From Escherichia phage JM10: 64,000 bases of DNA. The position numbers were made by a program, and so were the translations under genes. Every line of letters starts with the position of its first letter. The first letter of the stretch is position 1. Below the pieces are notes generated by a model. That model was not told where the DNA came from. It saw only the letters and a program-made list of their open reading frames with translations, and searched no databases. The DNA is taken from the sequence record PP400777; one strand, 5' to 3'. This document shows positions 9,120-20,528 of the stretch, one piece after another.

Positions 9120-9745
9120 TATAGTAACTCAAAGAATTCTTTGAGGCCTCGTATTGTGTGAACGTGTGACGCCCCACATTTGGGACATTTAATAGGGGTT
9201 GCCAGATAAATTGATGGCGACACCAAAAGATTTTTAATATTGATCATGTCATCTTCTGTTATAAGGCCGTAAAGGTCGTTTATTTCTGATTCAGTTAAAT
9301 CTTCAACAGGGATGGACTCTCCATTGACAAAAACGGCCTCAATACATGAAGCAATCATTAATGCGATATTTTTATCATCAAATAATTTAGGTTGACGGAA
9401 CTTAATTTTAATACCGCTGAACGAATACCAGGGATCGGCCTGTTCATCTAATTGAGTGTGCAATAAATTCATATAGACTTGAAATGAATGCCCACAGGAA
9501 CAATTCCAGGTGTGTTCTTGATTCACTTCACCTAACGAATGTGCCCACAGATTTACCAACAATAACTCGGCTTCTTGTTTAGTCAAGTTTTTAGCGTTAG
9601 AGCAATTAGTGATAATATTGTTCACTGCTGATTCAATAGTACCGGTAGCCCGCGCACCTATGAGTCCTAAATATTCTTTTAAAGTAAAGGCTCTACAATT
9701 CACTTCTTTATCGCCTAAACGTACGGTAAACGTATATTTGTACAT
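9119..9745 (-). CDS. 26: baseplate hub protein gp26
   Basis: 208 aa; size and synteny between 25 and 51. Confidence 0.8.
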   Translation of the reverse strand: MYKYTFTVRLGDKEVNCRAFTLKEYLGLIGARATGTIESAVNNIITNCSNAKNLTKQEAELLLVNLWAHSLGEVNQEHTWNCSCGHSFQVYMNLLHTQLDEQADPWYSFSGIKIKFRQPKLFDDKNIALMIASCIEAVFVNGESIPVEDLTESEINDLYGLITEDDMINIKNLLVSPSIYLATPIKCPKCGASHVHTIRGLKEFFELL

Positions 9746-9763
9746 GTTAACTCCTTTATTGTG

Positions 9764-9775
9764 TATTTATAAATA
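9764..9775. promoter_or_regulatory. overlapping divergent late promoters (TATAAATA on both strands) for genes 26/25 and 51
   Basis: TATTTATAAATA contains TATAAATA on plus (9768-9775) and on minus (9764-9771). Confidence 0.6.
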
Positions 9776-9792
9776 ATAGAAAAGGAGTAATT

Positions 9793-10545
9793 ATGGCTAA
9801 TATAATTCGTTGTAAATTACCGGATGGTGTTCATCGTTTTAAGCCGTTCACTGTGGCGGATTATAGAGACTTTTTACTAGTTAGAAATGATATCGAACAT
9901 CGTTCGCCACAAGAACAAAAAGAAATAATTGCCGATCTGATTGATGATTATTTTGGCGAGTACCCTAAAACATGGCAACCATTTATATTCCTGCAAGTTT
10001 TTGCAGGCTCTATAGGCAAAACAAAAGTTCCCGTTATTTTCACTTGCCCTAAATGCTCTAAAGAAAAAACTGCACCATTTGAGATATATCAAAAAGAACT
10101 AGTCGAACCTGAACTTGATGTTGCTGGTATAAAAATACGTTTTTCTTTCCCTGAAAAGTTTTACGACAACAAAGCATTAATGATAAGTGAAAACATAAAA
10201 GAAATATATTATAATGATGAATGGTACCCATGGAATGATTTGACTGAAGAGAACCAAATCCAAGTAATAGAAGCAATAGACATTGACTCGCTCGAGAAGG
10301 TTATTGCTTCTATGAACCCTATTAATTTGACCCTTAGATTAGGTTGTTGTGAACGTCATGTTAAAACATATACTGATATCTTAGAGGTTTTTAAATTGTT
10401 AGTTAACCCTGATGAGATTTTTACATTCTATCAGATAAACCATTCACTAGTAAAGAGTCAATACACATTGGATTCTATTATGCAAATGATTCCTGTTGAA
10501 CGTGGTATTGCTTTAACATTAGTAGAAAAGGACCATAAAAAATGA
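9793..10545 (+). CDS. 51: baseplate hub assembly protein gp51
   Basis: 250 aa; synteny and size. Confidence 0.8.
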   Translation: MANIIRCKLPDGVHRFKPFTVADYRDFLLVRNDIEHRSPQEQKEIIADLIDDYFGEYPKTWQPFIFLQVFAGSIGKTKVPVIFTCPKCSKEKTAPFEIYQKELVEPELDVAGIKIRFSFPEKFYDNKALMISENIKEIYYNDEWYPWNDLTEENQIQVIEAIDIDSLEKVIASMNPINLTLRLGCCERHVKTYTDILEVFKLLVNPDEIFTFYQINHSLVKSQYTLDSIMQMIPVERGIALTLVEKDHKK

Positions 10546-11714
10546 CAGTATTCCAACGTCCAGGATATCCTAACTTAAGCGTTAAATTATATCAAGATTA
10601 TTCGGCTTGGCAAGAAAATAGATACGTTGAACTCGCGGCAACAATAACAACTTTAACCATGCGAGATTCGCTATATGGAAGAAATGAAGGGATTCTTCAA
10701 TTTTATGACACTAAAAACATCCACACTAAAATGGATGGTAGACAGATAGTCCAAATCTCTGTTTCAAATTCAAACACACCTCTCCAAGTTAGAACTCGAA
10801 TTTATGGATGTAGACATTATTCTGTGTCTGTGGACTCAAAAGGTGACAATATTATTGCAATTGAGCTTGGAACAATACATTCTATAGAGAACCTTAAATT
10901 TGGGCGACCATTCTTCCCTGACGCAGGTGAATCTATACGTGAAATGTTAGGTGTCATATACAAAGACCGTGCGTTAATTACTCCGCCAATAAACACTATT
11001 AATGCTTATGTTCCTGATATTCCTTGGACAAGTACATTTGATGATTATTTGGCATATGTCAGAGAATTAGGACTTGCTACAGCGAGTGATAAGTTCGTAT
11101 TCGTATGGCAAGATATTTTAGGCGTAAACATGATTGACTATGATACTCTTATTGGTCAGGAAGGCATTAAGATGATTGTAGGTGAGCCAAATACTGTAGG
11201 TCAGTATATTCAAGAGCTTGAGTATCCATTAGTATGGGATTTTACCTGGATGACTAAAGCCAACCAATTTACAAGAGACCCTATTAAAAACGCTACAATA
11301 TTCGCCCATTCATTTTTAGATACATCTATTCCGGTTATTGTTACAGGCGATGGTGATAATGCTATTCTTGTGTCAAGATCCGGTGGATATTCCGAAATGA
11401 CCTATCGTAATGGATTTGAAGAAGCAAGTCGTCTTCAGACAATGGCTCAATATGACGGATATGCTAAATGCACTACTACAGGTAATTTTAACATAACGCC
11501 TGCTACTAAAATTATATTTGTTGACCAAAAGAACCAATTCAAATCCGAATTTTACGTGGATGAAGTTATTCATGAGTTATCAAATAACAACTCACAAACT
11601 CATCTGTACATGTTTACCAACTCAATGGTGTTAGAACCTGTTAACCCAGTTAAGGTTAAAAATGAACTTAAATCTGATTCTACCTCTAAAGAAAATAATT
11701 CTACCACAGTCTAA
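10542..11714 (+). CDS. 27: baseplate hub protein gp27
   Basis: 390 aa; ATGA overlap with gene 51; size and synteny. Confidence 0.88.
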   Translation: MTVFQRPGYPNLSVKLYQDYSAWQENRYVELAATITTLTMRDSLYGRNEGILQFYDTKNIHTKMDGRQIVQISVSNSNTPLQVRTRIYGCRHYSVSVDSKGDNIIAIELGTIHSIENLKFGRPFFPDAGESIREMLGVIYKDRALITPPINTINAYVPDIPWTSTFDDYLAYVRELGLATASDKFVFVWQDILGVNMIDYDTLIGQEGIKMIVGEPNTVGQYIQELEYPLVWDFTWMTKANQFTRDPIKNATIFAHSFLDTSIPVIVTGDGDNAILVSRSGGYSEMTYRNGFEEASRLQTMAQYDGYAKCTTTGNFNITPATKIIFVDQKNQFKSEFYVDEVIHELSNNNSQTHLYMFTNSMVLEPVNPVKVKNELKSDSTSKENNSTTV

Positions 11715-12195
11715 TAAAAAGGTAATGATTCCTAAATTAGGGCTCAAACATTATAATCTTTTAAAGGACGTTAAAGGCCCTGATGAAAACATGAAAATCT
11801 TAGCTGATTCTATTTGTAAAAATATGAGTCCCGCAGATTTTGATTTTGCATGTCTACACATATTGGAATTTAATAACAAACTTAAGTCTGAAGTTGAAAA
11901 AGACGGATTCACATATAAACTAGATGACGTCTATGTATGCCAACGAACAGAATTCCAATTCCAAGGCAATACTTTTTATTTTAGACCCCCAGGCAAATTT
12001 GAACAATTCGCTACAATCAGTGAAATGCTATCAAATTGCTTAATAAAAGTTAATGACGAAGAGAAAGAAATTTCTTTCCTTGAGATGCCTGCTTTTGTAA
12101 TCAAATGGGCAGAAGACCTTTCGACAACTATTGCTATTCCAGGCCCTAATGGCCCTATTAAGGGTATAGCAGAAATTATTGGATTGCTTGAATGA
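11662..12195 (+). CDS. 28: baseplate hub distal subunit gp28
   Basis: 177 aa; overlaps the gene 27 3' end; size and synteny. Confidence 0.8.
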   Translation: MNLNLILPLKKIILPQSNKKVMIPKLGLKHYNLLKDVKGPDENMKILADSICKNMSPADFDFACLHILEFNNKLKSEVEKDGFTYKLDDVYVCQRTEFQFQGNTFYFRPPGKFEQFATISEMLSNCLIKVNDEEKEISFLEMPAFVIKWAEDLSTTIAIPGPNGPIKGIAEIIGLLE

Positions 12196-13964
12196 AACCT
12201 GAAGAAATGAAATCCATGCGTAGAAATAAGGTCATTGCCGATAATAAACCACAAAAAGTAGCTGCAACAGCAGCTACCGATTCATTAGAAGCATTGAATA
12301 ACATTTCATCAAAACTAGACGATGTCCAAGCCGCGTCTGAACTCACATCACAAAGTGTAGAAGATAAAGGCAATGGAATTATTGAATCAATTGGAGACTT
12401 AAAGAATTCGACAGATAATACTGCTGAAGGCACAGAGCTTATCGCAGAAGTTATCGAAAAACAAACTGAAGTCACTAAAAGTATAAACGAAGTTTCTAGT
12501 GCAATAAGCTCTAAGTTAGACCGATTAGCTACATTATTAGAGCAAAAATTACAAACGTCTACCGCTGTTCAAAATACAGGAGGCACCTCTCTTGAAGTAA
12601 TTGAGAACGCAATACCTGTTAAAGTGGTTGAGAATGAAACTTCTGATGAGTTGTTTAAAGCATTCCCTACACCTGAAAAGATTGATAATAAGCCAGACGA
12701 AGATTTCTTCCCAGCCCCGGTTCAAGAAAGTGCTAATTCTACTTCCGATTCTAAAGGAGGAATTAGCTTTAAATTGAGCGATAAAATTGCAATGCTCACC
12801 AAAACAGTTCAAACCGGGTTTAATAAATCAATATCAATTTCAGACAGAATTGCTGGAATGCTTTTCAAATACACTATAACGGCTGCTATTGAAGCAGCAA
12901 AAATGGCCGCACTTATTCTTGGTATTGTTATCGGTATTGATTTATTGATAGTCCATTTCAAATATTGGACAGACAAGTTCACTTCTGCCTGGGATTTATT
13001 TGATGAAAACTTTACTAAATTCTCTGATGAAGCTAAAGAGTGGGGTAAATTCTTAAGTGATATATTCACTTCTATTGACTCGATAAAACAAATGTGGGAA
13101 GCTGGAGACTGGGGTGGTTTAACCGTTGCTATTGTCAAAGGTGTAGGAACAGCATTAATGAACTTAGGTGAACTAATTCAATTAGGAATGGCTAAACTCT
13201 CCGCGTCTATATTGCGTGCTATAGGTTTTGGTGATACCGCGGACGAAATAGAAGGACGTGCTTTGGAAGGATTCCAAGAAACTACTGGGAACAAATTAAA
13301 GAAAGAAGACCAAGAGAAAGTCGCTAAATATCAAATGAAGCGTGACGATGGGGAATTAGGAACCGTTTCTAAAGGTCTTGATATGTTACAACGCGGCAAA
13401 ACATTCGTTACTAACTGGGTTCGTGGTAATGACAATAAAGAAGAGTTTAGTACAAGCGATGAGCGTGCTGCGGAATCAGCAAAATTAAAAGAGTTACCTG
13501 AAGAGGAGCGTAAAGAGGCGTATATAAAAGCTAATGAAACTCGTGCGGCACTGGTTAGATTTGAGGATTATATCGATAAAATCGATATGACTAATCCGGA
13601 AAATGCTAAAAACGTCGAGAAGTCTTATGCTGATTTAAGTAAACTTATTAAAGACCCTGAACTTAATAAAACTCCTGTTGTTAAAAAGGAATTAGATGCT
13701 AGATTTGAAAAGCTAAATAATAAAATGGCTGAAGCCAAAAAGGCTCAGACAACAGTTAAGCCTGAATCTTCGTCTAAATCTCCGGAAGCAAAACAAGTTC
13801 AGTCAATAGAGAAAGGACGTGCTTCTGAATCTAAACAACAGCAACCGGTAGCGGCGATTAGTAACACAAATAATGTCGTCAAAAAGAATACCGTAGTCCA
13901 GAATATGACCCCTGTAACAAGTACAACGGCTCCTGGAATTTTCCATGCCACCGGTGTTAATTAA
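12192..13964 (+). CDS. 29: baseplate hub / tail length determinator gp29
   Basis: 590 aa, same length as T4 gp29; ATGA overlap with gene 28. Confidence 0.88.
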   Translation: MKPEEMKSMRRNKVIADNKPQKVAATAATDSLEALNNISSKLDDVQAASELTSQSVEDKGNGIIESIGDLKNSTDNTAEGTELIAEVIEKQTEVTKSINEVSSAISSKLDRLATLLEQKLQTSTAVQNTGGTSLEVIENAIPVKVVENETSDELFKAFPTPEKIDNKPDEDFFPAPVQESANSTSDSKGGISFKLSDKIAMLTKTVQTGFNKSISISDRIAGMLFKYTITAAIEAAKMAALILGIVIGIDLLIVHFKYWTDKFTSAWDLFDENFTKFSDEAKEWGKFLSDIFTSIDSIKQMWEAGDWGGLTVAIVKGVGTALMNLGELIQLGMAKLSASILRAIGFGDTADEIEGRALEGFQETTGNKLKKEDQEKVAKYQMKRDDGELGTVSKGLDMLQRGKTFVTNWVRGNDNKEEFSTSDERAAESAKLKELPEEERKEAYIKANETRAALVRFEDYIDKIDMTNPENAKNVEKSYADLSKLIKDPELNKTPVVKKELDARFEKLNNKMAEAKKAQTTVKPESSSKSPEAKQVQSIEKGRASESKQQQPVAAISNTNNVVKKNTVVQNMTPVTSTTAPGIFHATGVN

Positions 13965-13972
13965 GGATTATT

Positions 13973-15082
13973 ATGATTAGTGTAAAAGAAATAGTAGTAG
14001 ATGCAAAGGATTTAAATAAAGCAATCCCAGTCTCAGAAAGTGCTGGGCAAAGCACTAAAACCGAAACAACTACTAAAACTTATGTTGCTCAATTTCCTAC
14101 AGGAAGAGCAGCCGGAAATGACTCCACAGGAGACTTCCAGGTAACAGACCTTTATAAGAATGGATTATTATTTACCGCGTACAATATGTCTGCACGCGAT
14201 TCAGGATCCCTCAGGAATTTACGTCCGGCATACGCCGGGACTTCATCTAATGGTATCATATCAGATTTAACTGATAATGTGAAAGATGCAGTGACTAAAT
14301 TCTCAAATGGATTGCTTCCTGCCGGAGCTAATAAATCTACTATAAATAAAACTCCTGTTGCTAATATCCTTTTGCCGCGTTCCAAATCTGACGTTGATAC
14401 AACTTCACATCGTTTTAATGATATCGGTGATAGCCTTATTACTAAAGGTGGAGGTACTGCTACGGGTGTTTTAAGTAACATTGCTTCTACTGCAGTTTTT
14501 GGTGCATTAGATTCTATTACTCAAGGGCTTATGGCTGATAATAACGAACAGATTTATACGACTTCTCGTAGTATGTATGGCGGTGCTGAGAACCGTACTA
14601 AAGTCTTTACATGGGATTTAACTCCACGTTCAACTGAAGACCTTATGGCTATTATAAACATTTACCAATATTTTAACTATTTCTCATATGGCGAGACCGG
14701 TAAATCACAATACGCCCAAGAGATTAAAAGTTATTTAGACGAATGGTACCGTTCAACGTTTATTGAGCCTATGACACCAGACGATGCTGTAAAAAATAAG
14801 ACATTGTTTGAAAAGATTACTGCGTCATTAACAAACGTATTAGTTGTAAGCAACCCTACGATTTGGATGGTTAAAAACTTTGGTTATACATCTAAATTTG
14901 ATGGATTAACTGACGTATTTGGCCCATGTCAAATTCAAAGCGTACGTTTTGATAAAACTCCAAATGGACAATTTAATGGTCTCGCTGTTGCTCCTAACTT
15001 ACCATCAACATTTACGTTAGAGATAACAATGCGAGAAATTATTACATTAAACCGTTCTTCACTTTATGCGGGGACTTTCTAA
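13973..15082 (+). CDS. 48: baseplate tail-tube junction protein gp48
   Basis: 369 aa; synteny and size. Confidence 0.88.
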   Translation: MISVKEIVVDAKDLNKAIPVSESAGQSTKTETTTKTYVAQFPTGRAAGNDSTGDFQVTDLYKNGLLFTAYNMSARDSGSLRNLRPAYAGTSSNGIISDLTDNVKDAVTKFSNGLLPAGANKSTINKTPVANILLPRSKSDVDTTSHRFNDIGDSLITKGGGTATGVLSNIASTAVFGALDSITQGLMADNNEQIYTTSRSMYGGAENRTKVFTWDLTPRSTEDLMAIINIYQYFNYFSYGETGKSQYAQEIKSYLDEWYRSTFIEPMTPDDAVKNKTLFEKITASLTNVLVVSNPTIWMVKNFGYTSKFDGLTDVFGPCQIQSVRFDKTPNGQFNGLAVAPNLPSTFTLEITMREIITLNRSSLYAGTF

Positions 15083-16044
15083 TGTACTCTTTAGAAGAAT
15101 TTAATAACCAAGCTATAAATGCAGATTTCCAACGAAACAATATGTTTAGTTGTGTATTTGCTACTACACCGTCGACTAAATCATCTTCACTAATTTCGTC
15201 AATTGGTAGTTTTGCTTATAATAACTTAGGGTTGGATTCAGATTGGCTAGGATTGTCTCAAGGTGATATCAATCAGGGCGTAACAACCCTGATTACAGCA
15301 GGAACACAGAAATTAATTCGAAAATCAGGTATAAGTAAATATCTGATTGGAGCAATGAGTCAACGTACGGTACAAAGCTTGTTAGGTGAGTTCACAGTAG
15401 GAGCTTATCTGATAGACTTCTTCAATATGGCATATAATAATACAGGTTTAATGATTTATTCTGTAAAAATGCCTGAGAACCGATTATCTTATGAAACGGA
15501 TTTCAACTATAACTCACCGAACATCCGAATTACCGGCCGTGAAATGGACCCATTAGTAATAAGCTTTAGAATGGATTCCGAAGCATCTAACTTTAGAGCA
15601 ATGCAAGACTGGGTAAACTCAGTCCAAGACCCTGTAACAGGTCTTCGTGCTTTACCACAAGACGTCGAAGCAGATATTCAGGTTAATTTACATGCACGAA
15701 ATGGTTTACCACATACCGCTGTCATGTTCACCGGATGTATTCCTGTTAGTGTCTCTTCTCCTGAGTTAACGTATGATGGTGATAATCAGATAACAGTTTT
15801 TGATGTAACATTTGCTTATCGCGTTATGCAATCAGGTGCTGTAAATAGACAGGCTGCTTTAGAATGGCTGGAATCAGGACTTATTAGTAGTGTTTCAGGA
15901 ATGTTTGGAAATAATCAGAATGATTCTGGTCTAGGAAGTGCAGTATCAAGACTTTCTAGATTAGGTGGGACTGCTGGTGGTGTGTCTAATATAAACACAT
16001 TGACAGGTGTGGTGAATTCTGCGTCAAGAGTTTTAGGACTATAA
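15082..16044 (+). CDS. 54: baseplate tail-tube initiator gp54
   Basis: 320 aa; TAATG coupling to gene 48; synteny and size. Confidence 0.88.
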   Translation: MYSLEEFNNQAINADFQRNNMFSCVFATTPSTKSSSLISSIGSFAYNNLGLDSDWLGLSQGDINQGVTTLITAGTQKLIRKSGISKYLIGAMSQRTVQSLLGEFTVGAYLIDFFNMAYNNTGLMIYSVKMPENRLSYETDFNYNSPNIRITGREMDPLVISFRMDSEASNFRAMQDWVNSVQDPVTGLRALPQDVEADIQVNLHARNGLPHTAVMFTGCIPVSVSSPELTYDGDNQITVFDVTFAYRVMQSGAVNRQAALEWLESGLISSVSGMFGNNQNDSGLGSAVSRLSRLGGTAGGVSNINTLTGVVNSASRVLGL

Positions 16045-16050
16045 GAAAAA

Positions 16051-16067
16051 GGGAGACAACGTCTCCC
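16051..16067. terminator. bidirectional hairpin terminator GGGAGAC-AAC-GTCTCCC
   Basis: Inverted repeat with A-run upstream and T-run downstream between convergent gene 54 and the alt operon. Confidence 0.65.
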
Positions 16068-16076
16068 TTTAGGGGT

Positions 16077-16370
16077 TTATTTACGGAATGAAAGGAATGC
16101 TGGTGCTCTGAATGGAGTATCATCTTTAGAGTATTTAACTAATACGACCATTGGTACCTCTGTTTCTAAATGACCTGTCACTACACCGATAAAAATTTGA
16201 TCAGTGTGCTCAGGATCACGAAAGTTTTTAAGAGGTTCCATAGCAATATGGAATGCACCTGGGAATACTCGATTCAATTCGTCAATCACAGCTTCGTTAA
16301 AAGCATCATCCGCCGGGATAGCATCTTCAACTACTAGTTCTTGACCATTAAAGCGAAGCATAGATTTCAT
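16077..16370 (-). CDS. hypothetical protein downstream of alt (T4 alt.-1 position)
   Basis: ORF track 16077..16409; start at MKSML preferred (GAGGAA SD, and the early promoter start site would lie downstream of the first ATG). Confidence 0.5.
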   Translation of the reverse strand: MKSMLRFNGQELVVEDAIPADDAFNEAVIDELNRVFPGAFHIAMEPLKNFRDPEHTDQIFIGVVTGHLETEVPMVVLVKYSKDDTPFRAPAFLSFRK

Positions 16371-16399
16371 AACGTTTTCCTCATGTTGTTGATGAAATG

Positions 16400-16429
16400 A
16401 TAGTATCACACATCCATGTGTTTGTAAAC
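16400..16429 (-). promoter_or_regulatory. early promoter GTTTAC-N18-TACTAT embedded in the 3' end of alt
   Basis: Minus strand reads GTTTAC aaacacatggatgtgtga TACTAT; the -35 hexamer abuts the alt stop codon. Confidence 0.55.
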
Positions 16430-18516
16430 TATCCTTGGATAAATTTAAACGGAACTGATTCTAAATCCATTAAAGATGCTAACAATTTCAAACCTTTAGG
16501 TGCACTAGTTTTTTCTACAAATGAGGCAAAAGATACCGGCTCATCTGATTCGATTTCACCCGTCATAGCAACTACCTCGCCTGTTTCCATGAGAACATCA
16601 CCATCGTAAATGACAGCTTCGTCCAACTGGTCTGAGGACATGACTTCAGCTTGAATAAATTTAAGGTTGGATTCTAAACCTGCACCAGTGTCAGATGACG
16701 CATCTGTAATTTTATTTATCTGCAAGAGAATGCCTCTAGGCAAAATAATTTCTTGCTCATTAGGGTGATTACTCAACTGTCCTGGATAAATCACGTTAAC
16801 TTTATGAGCGCCATCAATAGCCCATCCGACGTTAACACGGATTTGTTCTGGCGCATGCATAGCTGTTCTTACTTGACTAGGAGAAATAGTAACACCTTCG
16901 TCATTATTGTCAATGTTAAGCTCTTTGCGAACTTCTTCAGGAGCAAGTCCAAGGGCAACGTTCTCTTTAAACCCACCGAAAATAATAGGAGCTAGTGAAG
17001 TGGAAACATAGTTTCTGAAATAGAATACCTTATTTTTAACCATTGCTTCGTAAATAGGCATTCTGATAGACTGAGCTCTATATAACGTTAGTCCTTCAGG
17101 TAAACGGTCTCCATTTAAAAACGCCGAATCAAGACCATCAATAGCGCGTTTAACTTCATCTTCATCTGCAACATCGTAAAAATCTGGTTTATAACGACCT
17201 AACAACATATTATTGATATCGGTATACGCAGAAGAGGCATATTCACGAATAGCTCGTTTTTCAGCAACAGAGTATTGTTTAGGGTCCCGATTCATTGTTA
17301 TATTAAAGGTGCCTCTAGCCGATTCTCGTGCATAAGTATACATCACATTAGACAAGAACGCTGATTTACGTTGTTTCCAAGTTTTTTCAGATACTTCAGC
17401 TAAAACATCGTCGGCCAGTTGGAAATTATCACGTCTAAAATCTTCAAACCATTCGTCTTTAATAGAGTCTGCAATCTCATTTGCAGCTTCAACAAAAGCA
17501 GCTAATGCTTTAACAGATGTTGTTTTTTCAGTTTTAATTTTCTTAGCAAACTTTTCTAAAGTTTGCTTAATAACACTACCATAAGAAACTTCATCAGCAA
17601 ATCTAAAGGATTCATCAATACGATTATAAATCTTATTTTCGATATCAGCAACTAAAGTGCCTTTTGCTGTGGACGATGCTTGGGCTAGTACGATTTCATA
17701 TGCTTCAGGAAGTAATTCGGCTGTAGCCGGGCCACTAACTTCTTTAGCAGAATTTTCGTATTTCTGGAATAACTCACCTTCTTGGCGGTCAGCTTCTAAA
17801 GATTGACTTGCTGCAATAGCACGACGAGAAATTTTAGTACGAGCAATAACAGGCTTATCTTTACGTTTTTCTTCTACAGCAGCAATAGAACCAGCGATAG
17901 CCGTTTCTTTGGTGACCTTTTCGCCAGTCTTTTTACTCACATAAACTTCGCCAACATCAGAATCTACTTTCGCGTACAACTCTGTGTTAATGTTAGGGAT
18001 GCCTTTAATATCTTCAATGTTGGCATTTTTACGAACCATCATCACATAAGTGTGTTTACCTGTGAATTGATACATTGCCGACAATACTTTAAAACGACCA
18101 CCGGTTTTAGTAGAAACTAAACGAGCAAGAAGAGTTTGAAGCTGCTGACCACGTCCTTTCAATTTCTTGGTAGGGAATCGGAACAGAACTGCATCCATAC
18201 GAAGAGCTTTAACCTGTTCATATACTGTATTGAAAATGGTGTTGATTGCATCAATAGGAGCAGGACCAAGGCCATTTTTCAATTCAGCGAGATTACCCTT
18301 TTCAGACAGACTCATAATAACAACATGGGCGTATTTGTCGCCAAGTTTAACTTGTTTTACAGCGTCGCCTTCGGAAAGGTAAGAGAATAAACGAACTACG
18401 ATGTTTGTATCAACATCACCAATTTTCCAGACTTGTGGAACTTTAGCTTTAGGGTTCAAATTGACGACAGGAAGACTGCCTTCAGATTCAAACACTTCAT
18501 TTAATTGTTCAGACAT
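16429..18516 (-). CDS. alt: Alt ADP-ribosyltransferase (virion-packaged)
   Basis: 695 aa; ART signature elements (Arg, STS in YVSTSLAP, and EQE); sequence recall of T4 Alt; adjacent to gene 30. Confidence 0.88.
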   Translation of the reverse strand: MSEQLNEVFESEGSLPVVNLNPKAKVPQVWKIGDVDTNIVVRLFSYLSEGDAVKQVKLGDKYAHVVIMSLSEKGNLAELKNGLGPAPIDAINTIFNTVYEQVKALRMDAVLFRFPTKKLKGRGQQLQTLLARLVSTKTGGRFKVLSAMYQFTGKHTYVMMVRKNANIEDIKGIPNINTELYAKVDSDVGEVYVSKKTGEKVTKETAIAGSIAAVEEKRKDKPVIARTKISRRAIAASQSLEADRQEGELFQKYENSAKEVSGPATAELLPEAYEIVLAQASSTAKGTLVADIENKIYNRIDESFRFADEVSYGSVIKQTLEKFAKKIKTEKTTSVKALAAFVEAANEIADSIKDEWFEDFRRDNFQLADDVLAEVSEKTWKQRKSAFLSNVMYTYARESARGTFNITMNRDPKQYSVAEKRAIREYASSAYTDINNMLLGRYKPDFYDVADEDEVKRAIDGLDSAFLNGDRLPEGLTLYRAQSIRMPIYEAMVKNKVFYFRNYVSTSLAPIIFGGFKENVALGLAPEEVRKELNIDNNDEGVTISPSQVRTAMHAPEQIRVNVGWAIDGAHKVNVIYPGQLSNHPNEQEIILPRGILLQINKITDASSDTGAGLESNLKFIQAEVMSSDQLDEAVIYDGDVLMETGEVVAMTGEIESDEPVSFASFVEKTSAPKGLKLLASLMDLESVPFKFIQG

Positions 18517-18555
18517 AGTGTTTTCCTTTTAGTAATAATTTATATTTATGCCAAA

Positions 18556-18573
18556 AAGAGCCCGAAGGCTCTT
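18556..18573 (-). terminator. hairpin terminator AAGAGCC-UUCG-GGCUCUU then U-run
   Basis: Inverted repeat followed by UUUUUGG on the minus strand between alt.1 and alt. Confidence 0.6.
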
Positions 18574-18760
18574 AATCCACAATCGGGAGCAAAGTACGAT
18601 AAACTTCAAAATTAGGGCCTTTTTCGTACTTATCAAAATTGTCCATAAAAATATGATAGGAATCGTTATTAGGAAAATCTAATATAATCTGAGAGCAAGA
18701 GGTGGAAACATCTCCACCATCCTTCTTAGCTACAATAACTGTTTCTAAATAAGCTTTCAT
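18572..18760 (-). CDS. hypothetical small protein (T4 alt.1 position)
   Basis: ORF track 18572..18781; internal start MKAYL abuts the gene 30 stop. Confidence 0.4.
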   Translation of the reverse strand: MKAYLETVIVAKKDGGDVSTSCSQIILDFPNNDSYHIFMDNFDKYEKGPNFEVYRTLLPIVD

Positions 18761-20253
18761 TATAAACCTGTCTGGGACCACGGTCCAAATACGTCTTCAA
18801 ACGAATCCGCTTCTGTTTTATCAAAACGGAACCCTTTAATAATTGGAAGGAAAATACCTACAGTACCTTCGCGGCCTTTAGAATGAACCCAACCATTACA
18901 TTCACAATCAGCGATACGTCCAATTAATTTACCTTCACGAGCTTCGGTCATTAATCGTTCACGGTCTAAATCATGACGCTCGTCTAAAGGAATAAGAACC
19001 TTTACGCCATCAACTGTTTTATGAGTTGTATCTTTAAAACCTGAACCACAATCAGTTGTAATACGACGACAACGTGATACGAGTTCGACACCACCTAATT
19101 TGTTAGGGTCTTTAGAGTGTTCATAGTATCCTACAACTTCTAAAGCGATATCAATAACTTCTTTAAATTTAATTAGGTTCTTAGAGCGTTTGTTTTCCCA
19201 ATATGAATCACGGTTTTTAAGGATAATACCTTCAAGACCTTGGTCAACATATTTTTTATAAACCACTTTAGCTTCGTCAAGATTACGAACTAACTGATTT
19301 TCAATTGGCTCAATTCGCTTAAAGCCTTCAGCCATATTTTCAAGAGCAGCAAAACGAACATCGTATTTCTGACCTTTAATTTTGCCATCAGAATAGACTT
19401 CATCTAAAGGAACATAGTCCCAGGCTTGAAGAACCATACCTTCCGCTTCTTTAGGAGAAATAGTCCCTTGAAGAGATTTATTTGCTAAACCATTTGAAGT
19501 GCTACGGTCTACAACTTGTACTTCTTCGGATTCTTCATTATCACCAAATAAGAACGACAGGTCATTTCCTGAGCTCACAGCCTTTTTAATATCAAATGAA
19601 TGATAAACTAATTCACCGTCGATTAAAACCCCATTAGGGTGTCTTTCACGAGCTTCTTTGGTCATTTCCATTAGTTCATCCGCTAATAGAGTAAGACCAT
19701 GGTATTCGTTACCGGCACGAGAAAAGAATTGAACACCATCATCGCGAACTTCAGCGAAACAACGAGCACCATCTGCTTTTAATTGGGCAAATGCGGGCCA
19801 TTTAATATTTTTAGTAATCAATTTCTCGTCATATGCAGATGCTAACATCTGTGGTTGCAATTGAATAAGTCCAGGCCACACCTTATTCGCGATAGACACT
19901 GAAGCACCTACTTCAAGGTCGCGCATCATTACACGACGAAGGACTTCTACATCATCAGGTTTACCGTCAGCGATATAACCCATGAGCTCTTTAATTGCAG
20001 CATTACCAGTGAGTTTACGAGTGGCTAATGTGAACTCAATAAAATCCAACATGTCATCTAATTCGAGAAGACCATACGCTTGAGACCTTTCACCTGGTCC
20101 TGGCCATTTCTTAATATAATACTGGATACCACGTGCATATGTTAAACGATACACACGTTCAAGTAATTTGTTGTCCTTATTTTTCTTAAGGATTTCTTGT
20201 TTTGTTTTAGTAGAACCGATCGCAGCTATTTGGTTTAAAATATCTAAAATCAT
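18760..20253 (-). CDS. 30: ATP-dependent DNA ligase gp30
   Basis: 497 aa; adenylation motif KADGAR; near-identical N-terminus to recalled T4 ligase. Confidence 0.95.
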   Translation of the reverse strand: MILDILNQIAAIGSTKTKQEILKKNKDNKLLERVYRLTYARGIQYYIKKWPGPGERSQAYGLLELDDMLDFIEFTLATRKLTGNAAIKELMGYIADGKPDDVEVLRRVMMRDLEVGASVSIANKVWPGLIQLQPQMLASAYDEKLITKNIKWPAFAQLKADGARCFAEVRDDGVQFFSRAGNEYHGLTLLADELMEMTKEARERHPNGVLIDGELVYHSFDIKKAVSSGNDLSFLFGDNEESEEVQVVDRSTSNGLANKSLQGTISPKEAEGMVLQAWDYVPLDEVYSDGKIKGQKYDVRFAALENMAEGFKRIEPIENQLVRNLDEAKVVYKKYVDQGLEGIILKNRDSYWENKRSKNLIKFKEVIDIALEVVGYYEHSKDPNKLGGVELVSRCRRITTDCGSGFKDTTHKTVDGVKVLIPLDERHDLDRERLMTEAREGKLIGRIADCECNGWVHSKGREGTVGIFLPIIKGFRFDKTEADSFEDVFGPWSQTGL

Positions 20254-20519
20254 TTGATGTCCTCGATTTTGGTTACGGTTCTATTATAAGCCACTTCATC
20301 TAGAAGCGATTTCAGCGTTTTCTGATAAGTGGTAATCCATTTACCGAGCCCTTCAACATAGTATTCTGAAATGTAGATGAACCCTTGTTCAACACACTCT
20401 TTAAATATTTCTGCGTCTTTTACTGAACGAAACAATGGCCAGTCTCGAAAGAACATGTTAACGTGACCGTAGTCACGCGTTGTGTTTTTACCATCTGTAA
20501 TATCATGAACTACAAACAT
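20250..20519 (-). CDS. hypothetical protein (30.1-like)
   Basis: 89-aa ORF with ATGA overlap to gene 30; synteny. Confidence 0.5.
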   Translation of the reverse strand: MFVVHDITDGKNTTRDYGHVNMFFRDWPLFRSVKDAEIFKECVEQGFIYISEYYVEGLGKWITTYQKTLKSLLDEVAYNRTVTKIEDIK

Positions 20520-20528
20520 AATTATCCC

